NCBI GenBank assembly: GCA_963696505.1
Contig: CAVOKN010000017.1
Span: 76,326 to 140,325, forward strand
Direction of reading: 5' to 3'
DNA: 64,000 bases
Source of the DNA: an uncultured beta proteobacterium
GTDB taxonomy: Bacteria; Pseudomonadota; Gammaproteobacteria; Burkholderiales; Rhodocyclaceae
Part shown: piece by piece, positions 63,511 to 64,000 of the stretch
Numbering within the stretch: the stretch's first letter is position 1
Layout of the letters: the number at the start of each line of letters is the position of its first letter
Position numbers and translations under genes: made by a program
The notes under the pieces: generated by a model
The model's database searches: none
Seen by the model: the letters and a program-made list of their open reading frames with translations, nothing else
Told to the model about the DNA's origin: nothing

Positions 63511-64000
63511 CCCACAAGATCGCACTTTGTCCAACGCAAGAACAGGGGAACTACTTCGCCCGCGCCTGCGGCACGGCGCGCAAGGTGTGGAACTGGGCGC
63601 TGGATGAGTGGAACAAGCAATACGCGGCGGGCCAAAAGCCCAACGCGATGGCGCTCAAAAAACAATTCAACGCGGTCAAATACCAATTGTTCCCTTGGCT
63701 CAAGGATATGCACCGCGACAGCCACGCCCAACCATTCGAGCATCTGGCTCGTGCATGGAAACGGTTCTTTGCCGACATCGAGGCAGGAGCGCGTATCGCC
63801 CCTGATTGCAAACACCTGCGCCGCAGTGTGCGCCAGCAGGGCGTGAAGTTGGCGTATCCGCCGACCTTCAAGAAGAAGGGGCGGTGTCTGGACAGCTTTT
63901 ACGTCGCCAACGACAAGTTCAAAGTAGATGGGAAAACCATCCGCTTGCCCAAGATTGGCGATGTGTCGATGCGTGAGGCGCTGCGTTTCAAGGGAAAGAT
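63501..64000 (+). CDS. tnpB: TnpB (IS200/IS605/IS607 OrfB, RNA-guided nuclease family), N-terminal 166 codons only
   Basis: My own translation gives MQLTHKIALCPTQEQGNYFARACGTARKVWNWALDEWNKQY...PTFKKKGRCLDSFYVANDKFKVDGKTIRLPKIGDV. It is open to the window end and absent from the ORF track because no stop is reached. Confidence 0.85.
   Translation, partial: MQLTHKIALCPTQEQGNYFARACGTARKVWNWALDEWNKQYAAGQKPNAMALKKQFNAVKYQLFPWLKDMHRDSHAQPFEHLARAWKRFFADIEAGARIAPDCKHLRRSVRQQGVKLAYPPTFKKKGRCLDSFYVANDKFKVDGKTIRLPKIGDVSMREALRFKGK

Larger units (their letters stand above)
62533..64000 (+). mobile_element. IS607-family insertion sequence, left end and about 1.47 kb; the right end is beyond the window
   Basis: Abrupt drop in GC after about 62532. 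MerR-HTH serine-recombinase tnpA is followed by tnpB. The subterminal repeat aataatg(c/t) occurs twice at 62546-62566. Confidence 0.8.

Overview
High-GC chromosomal segment with betaproteobacteria-like gene content and order, spanning the replication-origin neighbourhood. parB-parA-rsmG-mnmG and mnmE-yidC-yidD-rnpA-rpmH lie on the minus strand and diverge at about 45.8 kb from dnaA-dnaN-gyrB on the plus strand. Left part: multicopper oxidase, ATP-grasp enzyme, SAM methyltransferase, a MarR-cytochrome b561-YceI-YceI operon, a sigma-54/NtrC-type promoter in front of porin-glnK-amtB, a FixJ-type two-component pair, an ABC-F ATPase, a TaqI-like orphan DNA methyltransferase, gshA-gshB, apbE, an incomplete EIIA(Man)-HPr-EI phosphotransferase set, metXW behind a long structured leader, ampG, a yqjD/E/K-like membrane cluster and nupC. 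Middle: a branched-chain amino-acid-type ABC transporter and a TauE exporter bracketed by an identical palindrome. Right of gyrB: a small accessory islet with a toxin / HTH antitoxin / SecB-like chaperone (TAC-like) operon and a vapBC pair. This is followed by an AOR-family oxidoreductase with an amicyanin-like cupredoxin, a lipid-metabolism cluster, and an IS607-family element (tnpA, an extra Cys-rich ORF, tnpB) inserted into a glycerate kinase gene at the window end. I saw no rRNA, tRNA or CRISPR array. At least 11 genes are interrupted by single-base indels, mostly +1 insertions. Several ORF-track entries are therefore fragments or chimeras (for example glnK fused to amtB, and apbE fused to the EIIA gene). 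The sequence alone cannot decide whether these are real pseudogenes or assembly errors. All calls rest on reading the translations by eye; no database search was run.
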